From Malacoraja senta (Eukaryota), in NCBI GenBank assembly GCA_038087875.1, contig CM075990.1:16990001-17050000 (forward strand): a stretch of 60,000 nucleotides of DNA, given 5' to 3'. The notes under the pieces were generated by a model. The model ran no database searches and was not told where the DNA came from. It worked only from the letters and a program-made list of their open reading frames with translations. Below are positions 53,887-60,000 of this stretch, piece after piece (position 1 is the first letter of the stretch; each line of letters starts with the position of its first letter). Both the position numbers and the translations under genes were made by a program.

Positions 53887-54232
53887 AAATATAGACTTGA
53901 CTTTATTGACCACAGCTGAGAGTTATCTGATCAACAGTTTAGCAAAGATAGAGTCCTACAGCATGGAAACCGGCCCTTCAGCCCAACTTGCCCACACCGA
54001 CCTACCTGCATCATCTACACTAGTCCCACCTGCCTGCATTTGGCCCATATCTCTCTAAACCTATCCAGTCCATGTACCTGTCTAAATGTTTCCCTCTCCA
54101 GATGTTGCCTGACCCGATGAGTTCCTCCAGTCCTTTGTGTTTTACTCAACTATCAGAGAAACAGAAGATAGCAACAAAAGGCTGGAGTAACTCAGCAGAT
54201 CAGACAACATCTCTGGAGATAAGGGAATAGGT

Positions 54233-54260
54233 GACGTTTCGGGTCGAGACCCTTCTTCAG
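54233..54260 (-). ncRNA. Minimal hammerhead ribozyme-like core
   Basis: Intact 28-nt core. Confidence 0.65.
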
Positions 54261-54502
54261 ACTGAGAGTCAGGGGAAAGGAAAAGGAGAGATATAGATGG
54301 CAATGTAGAGAGATTTGCCCATCTTGGGGCAGGTTCTGCACCGCCTTGCCTCGCCCTTTGACACTGAGCTCTCTGGAGATCTCACAAACCCAGGGCAACC
54401 CTTGGCACTGCCATCAGAGGACCATCCCCACCAAGAGCTTTCCAAGTAACTACTCCTCTCTAACTTCATGCTGAACAAATAAGCAGCTGCAGTCCAGGCG
54501 TA

Positions 54503-54805
54503 GGGTGGCAGGGTGACGCAGCGGTAGAGTTGCTGCCTTACAGCACTTGCAGCGCCAGAGACCCGGGTTCGATCCCGACTACGGGCGCTGTCTGTACGGA
54601 GTTTGTACATTCTCCCCGTGACCACGTGGGTTTTCTCCGAGATCTTCGGTTTCCTCCCACACTCCAAAGATGTGTGGGTTTGTAGGTTAATTGGCTTGGT
54701 GTATGTGTAAATTGTCCCTAGTGTGTGTAGGGTAGTGCGGGGATCGCTGGTCAGTACGGACTCGGTGGGCTGAAGGGCCTGTTTCTCCACTGTATCTCTA
54801 AAATT
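54503..54805 (+). mobile_element. HE1/V-SINE, full length
   Basis: Consensus match. Confidence 0.87.
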
Positions 54806-54925
54806 AAAAAAAACGAAAACTATAGAATATTTTCACAGTTTCACAGTGAGTCAGTTACTCAGGAAGACAAAAATGGTGGAGAAACTCAGCGGGTGAGGCA
54901 GCATCTATGGAGCAAAGGAATAGGT

Positions 54926-54953
54926 GACGTTTCGGGTCGAGACCCTTCTTCAG
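54926..54953 (-). ncRNA. Minimal hammerhead ribozyme-like core
   Basis: Intact 28-nt core. Confidence 0.65.
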
Positions 54954-55394
54954 TTACTCAGGAAGGATGTTTGATTTACACTGAGTGCGCAAGAATCAAA
55001 TGACTGTAAATCTTCAGGTACGCAACTAATCGATGCTCTTCGTTAAAACGGGAAGTTACGAGGCAGACATTTCCCAGATTACAAAGCTGTATCAATATGT
55101 GGACCCGAAACATCACCGATTCCATCTCTCCAGAGATGCTGCCTGACCCGCTGAGTTACTCCTGCTTTTTGTGTCTATCTTCAATATATGGAATACACAC
55201 TTTCATATATCCAGCTATAATGTGTGAACATATTCTCCATATCCCCACTGTGTGGAGATAATGATGAGGAAAGCTCATTATTTTGGTCAATTATATGATG
55301 AAGTATTTGCTGAAAATCACATTAACCATTTAAATGTTTTTTTATGACTGTGCAGAGTGAATATTCTGTCATATTCTTGCTTAATAGCATCACT

Positions 55395-55678
55395 AGTTTA
55401 CTTTTATTTTAGAGATATAGTGGAAACAGGCCCTTCGGCCCACCGAGTCCATGCTAGCGAGTGATCCCCCTTCCGCGGGCACTATCCCACACACTAGGGA
55501 CAAATTACAACTTACAGAGGCCAATGTACCTATTAACCTGCACGTCTTTGGAGTGTGGCAGGAAACCCACGCGGTCACAGGGAGAACGTACAAACTCCGT
55601 ACAGACAGCACCTGTGGTCAGTATTGAACCCGGGTCTAAGGCGCTGTGAGGCAGCAACTCTACCACTGCACCGCTGTA
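55395..55678 (-). mobile_element. HE1/V-SINE
   Basis: Consensus match. Confidence 0.83.
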
Positions 55679-56767
55679 CCACCAGGACAATATGGAACGT
55701 CTTGCTGCTCTTACAATAACTCCTCAGCCCACTCCCTGAAGACTGGCTGATGACTGAGACTCTGCACAATATCAGCATGCAGGGAGCTGAAATGTCCTGT
55801 CCTTGACAAGACTTTCCCTGCTACTTATAATAAACGGCAAGGCAAACAGTGGTGTATAAATGGCATACTCTGTGCATTAAAATATACTCAAATATGTTGC
55901 CAATTCACATTGTATTTCCTTCAACAATGCTGGCATTCACTTCGTGGGGGCTAAAATTTCAAAGCAAGAATGTAATCCTGAGGCTTCAGCAGACGCTGGT
56001 GAGGGCACGTTTGAAATATGTGAGCAGTTTTGGGCCCTGTATCTGAGGAGGGATGTGCTGGCTCTGGATAGGATCCAGAGGAGGTTTACGAGAACAATAC
56101 CCAGGATGATTGGGTTAATGTATGATGAGTGTTTGAAATCTCCTGGCCTGAACTCGCTGGACACAAATGAAGCAATGTTTCATTTTGAGACATCTGGCAA
56201 TTGTCTGGTGGGCACTCTTAATCTGGCCTGTTCACCAGCTCTAAAGCAGCACTATCTAGAGCCACACTGCCTGCCCAGCAACAAACGCTATTCCATTCTG
56301 TGTGTGTCGAGTTGGCTTTGCATCTTGCCAAAGCACTTGGGGTTGTGCCAGCTAGCAGAGAACGTTACTCATGTCAGTGGGTGTCTGGTGTGGCGCTGAG
56401 CCAGGCTGCAGGCAAAAGGCTAGATCTTGGAGGAAGCGTCATTTTCCAGCCAAAAGCCATTCCAGAATAAATCAGTCTGAAGAAGAGTCTCGACCCGAAA
56501 CGTCACCCATTCCTTCTCTCCAGAGATGCTTCCTGACCCGCTGAGTTACTCCAGATTTTTGTGTCTACCGTCATTTTCCAGCTATCGATTTCATAGAGTC
56601 ATACAGCACAACGACAGGCCATTCAGCCCACTGAGTCCATGCTATCGATACTAATCCCATTTCCAAGCCTAAAGCCATGTCTTCCATGGTACATCAAATG
56701 TTCATCCAATTGCTCCTGAGATGTTGTGGGAATCTCTCCATCCTCCTCTCACCCCAAACTCCAACCA

Positions 56768-57060
56768 CCCACAGATGCTGCCTGACCCGCTGAGTTACTC
56801 CAGCACTCTGTGAAACGTCACCTATCCATGTTCTCCACAGATGCTGCCTGACCCGCTGAGTTACTCCAGCACTCTGTGAAACGTCACCTATCCATGTTCT
56901 CCACAGATGCTGCCTGACCCGCTGAGTTACTCCAGCACTCTGTGAAACGTCACCTATCCATGTTCTCCACAGATGCTGCCTGACCCGCTGAGTTACTCCA
57001 GCACTCTGTGAAACGTCACCTATCCATGTTCTCCACAGATGCTGCCTGACCCGCTGAGTT
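56768..57060 (-). repeat. 66-bp tandem array (~4.5 units)
   Basis: Reverse complement of the same unit. Confidence 0.93.
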
Positions 57061-57404
57061 GCCTTATGTTCTGTTGTGCTGACGCAAAGCAAGAATTTCA
57101 TTGTCCTATCAGGGACACATGACAATAAACTCTCTTGAATCTTGAGTTCCTCCAGCTTTTTGTGACAGTCTTCAGTTTGGACCAGCATCTGCAGTTCCTT
57201 CCTACACATTTGCTCGGTCCCACCATCAGGTGGTGTCAACTGCTGATGGGAGTGGAGGGGACGGGAGGCAAAATTGGGAGGTTTAACCCGAGAAGGCAGG
57301 ATCTTTTCCATGTGTCAGTCTGACGCTGGAGGTCAGACCAGGGATCAATTTAACAGCCAAGAATTCAAAAGCATAGTTTCACAAAATAGGAGATTTCTTC
57401 AAAA

Positions 57405-57795
57405 TGTTGAAGTAACTCAGCGGGTCAGGCAGCATCTGTGGAGAACATGGGTAGGTGACGTTTCCCAGAGTGCTGGAGTAACTCAGCGGGTCAGGCAGCA
57501 TCTGTGGAGCGAAGGAAATGGGCAACCTTTCGGGCCGAAACCCTGAAGGAAATAGGCAACGTTTCGGGCCGAAACCCGGAAGGGTTTCGGGCCGAAACGT
57601 TGCCTATTTCCTTCGCTCCATAGATGCTGCCGGAACATGGATAGGTGACGTTTCACAGAGTGCTGGAGTAACTCAGCGGGTCAGGCAGCATCTGTGGAGA
57701 ACATGGATAGGTGACGTTTCACAGAGTGCTGGAGTAACTCAGCGGGTCAGGCAGCATCTCTGCAGAGAAGGAATGGGTGACGTTTCGGGTCGAGA
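57405..57795 (+). repeat. 66-bp tandem array interrupted by a palindromic variant repeat
   Basis: Same unit; insertion at ~57510-57630. Confidence 0.85.
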
Positions 57796-58210
57796 ACATA
57801 AATGAGTGTCCCAATCTGTCTCAGCTCTTCATTCTGACAACCAACCATCTTAAGAATGTCAGCATTTATCAAAGCTCCTACGTTCTATTTCAGGGTGTGA
57901 ATGCCAAGACACTGTACGCTGGTGTCTACACTATGCTTCACGCTGGGAAATAAACATTGTATTCTGGTATCAAATGACTCCAGCTGAGCTTCGCTCTGCA
58001 GTAAAGCTCTGAATAAGAAACAATGAGCAGTGTTTGAATTAAAGGCGCGGGTAGGTTGATATTTGATTTTAAAAAAAGGTGAAAGGCTGCCAGGGGTAAA
58101 CATGCAGAACCAGCTACGACCAAACATAGCGCTGAAAACATTCAGCGGGCCAAGCAGCATCTGTGGGGGAAATGGACAGATGATGTTTTGGATTGGGACC
58201 CTTCTTCTCT

Positions 58211-58213
<3 letters not shown>

Positions 58214-58260
<47 letters not shown>

Positions 58261-58539
58261 GTGTGTGTAGGTGTGTGTAGGTGTGTGTAGGTGTGTGTAG
58301 GTGTGTGTAGGTGTGTGTAGGTGTGTGTGGGTGTGTGTGGGTGTGTGTGGTGTGTGTGTGTGTGGTGTGGTGTGTGTGTGTGTGTAGGGGGGTGTGTAGG
58401 GGGGTGTGTAGGGGGGTGTGTAGGGGGTGTGTAGGGGGGTGTGTAGGGGGGTGTGTAGGGGGGTGTGTAGGTGTGTGTGTAGGTGTGTGTGTAGGTGTGT
58501 GTGTAGGTGTGTGTGTAGGTGTGTGTGTAGGTGTGTGTG

Positions 58540-58573
<34 letters not shown>
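58214..58573 (+). repeat. (GT)n / (GTGTGTGTAG)n compound microsatellite
   Basis: Seen directly. Confidence 0.95.
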
Positions 58574-58577
<4 letters not shown>

Positions 58578-59425
58578 AGTGCAGGTGTGGAGCTGTGAAT
58601 GAAGTCACTGAGCAACTACGGAAAGAGTGAAGCATTCAGTGCCTCAACCCACTTGCCCCTCTCTACTAAATTGCTCCTAGAATTGTAACCAATTTAAATC
58701 ACGTCTATCATTTAACCTGCCACTTAGAAGCACAGTTCCCAGCCAGTGAACCCCCACACACCCGGCTTGCTGCTCTGCTCTCCCCTCCCAAGGAGGAATG
58801 AGGCAACATGTTGTGTAGCAATAAAAAACAGCACCTTTTTCATCCCAGCCGTGATTGCTTGGAATGGAGCGAGTTCCCCAGGTTTCTTGCCTGCGTGTCC
58901 AAACTGGATTACAGACTCAATCTTCCTTTATTATTTTGTTCATTCATGAATCAGTTCAAATTAATAAAATATAAAAGGATAATAAACGTACCACCCTGTC
59001 TCCCTATCTCTAAGTGATATTCACTGTGAAACATTCTGAGATTTGTCCATCCATAAAGCAAGTAATTTTACTCTGCAGTATCTTTTTCAGATGGCGATCA
59101 CTTTGAGATGTTTTGGGAAGTGTCATATAGACGCGTGGCTGACTATTTTGTGTAGGAAAGAACTGCAGATGCTGGTTTAAATCGAAGATAGACACTACAT
59201 GCTGGAGTAACTCAGCGGGACAGGCAGCATCTCTGGAGGGAAGGAATAATGGGTGACGTTTCAGGTAGAGACCCTTCTTCAGACTCAAGGGTTAAGGAGC
59301 AGAGAGTGGTCTGAAGAAGGGTCTCCCATTCCTTCTCCCCAGAAATGCCGCCTGTCCTGACTATTTCTTACAGGTTGTAAAAACGACAGATAATGTTTAA
59401 AACGAACCCGCCTGAGACAGACTAC

Positions 59426-59468
59426 CTGGTAGACGGTTGTCATTGGTCTGGTGACTTGTTCCGATGTC
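59426..59468 (-). CDS. PRSS12-like: Probable short upstream coding exon of the neurotrypsin-like gene (DIGTSHQTNDNRLP)
   Basis: Acceptor ttgatttttgtaacag and donor CAG|gtagtc; 43 nt, open, ends in phase 1, matching the phase-1 start of the kringle exon. No homology check possible. Confidence 0.5.
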
Positions 59469-60000
59469 CTGTTACAAAAATCAACACATTGTGAATTAAA
59501 CCTGAACGCGAGCGGTAAATGTAACAATGAAACTAGCGGCGACATGTACACGCAAGGAACTGCAGGTGCTGGTTTACAGAAGAAAAGTGCCGGAGATAGA
59601 CACAAAAAGCTGGAGTAACTCAGCGAGTCAGACAGCATCTCTGGACAGAAGGAGAAATCCCTTCCCTCCAGAGATGCTGCCTGTCCCGCTGAGTTACTCC
59701 AGCTTTTTGTGTCTATCTTCGGTTTAAACCAGCAGTTCTACACAAAGTGGCGGAATAACTCAGCGAGGCAAACAGCATCTGTGAAGAAGGTTTCCCACCC
59801 GAAAAATCACCCACTTTTGTCTCTAGAGATGCTGCCTGACCCGCTGAGTTACTCCAGCACTCTGTATCGTCTCTATACATCTCGCAGACTCGCTGTTATA
59901 ATCTAACACCAGGTCCAAGTTGGAGATTCAATCCGTCTTAAAATACACATTCACTGATAAATAAATGTTGCTTAAATGAAACGCGGCAGCGGTTAAAATG

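Noticed and set aside
53514..53919. Thr/His/Asp-rich mucin-like ORF beside the kringle exon
   Set aside because: It is a minisatellite, and the mucin-like frame is on the strand opposite the gene.
54315..54490. Unique GC-balanced stretch with a possible acceptor on the minus strand
   Set aside because: No recognisable domain or compatible donor; not supportable as an exon.
58720..58843. Minus-strand ATG with hydrophobic start (MKKVLFFIATQHVASFLLG) as possible signal-peptide exon
   Set aside because: Weak hydrophobic core and no convincing in-phase donor seen; the 59426-59468 exon fits better, placing the start beyond it.

Overview
Eukaryotic, repeat-dense vertebrate DNA, most likely from an elasmobranch (skate, ray or shark), judged by abundant HE1/V-SINE-type tRNA-SINEs and CR1 LINEs. 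Two protein-coding genes lie on the minus strand. (1) A nearly complete neurotrypsin (PRSS12)-like gene: I traced 13 GT-AG exons from 53089 to 26402 that splice in frame (2429 nt) into kringle + 4 SRCR + RRKR|IIGG activation site + trypsin domain with intact H/D/S triad. A probable 43-nt upstream exon lies at 59426-59468; the signal-peptide exon was not found. (2) The first coding exon of ZSWIM8 (14164-14341), whose following intron runs off the left edge (or into a 200-N gap). A neurotrypsin beside ZSWIM8 suggests the WGD paralogue of PRSS12 rather than the mammalian orthologue. The rest is retroelement and MITE debris: CR1, L1-like, Rex1-like, HE1 SINEs, hAT and Harbinger-like MITEs, microsatellites and a 3-kb CA/CG alternating array. 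The most striking non-coding signal is a very abundant ~130-nt repeat carrying a minimal hammerhead-ribozyme core (CUGAAGA-A-GGGU[CUCG]ACCC-GAAACGUC) of the Penelope-like-element type. It shows stem-II covariation and occurs as inverted pairs, as 66-bp tandem arrays at four loci, and once flanking a captured CR1 fragment. All calls are from reading by eye; no database searches were run.
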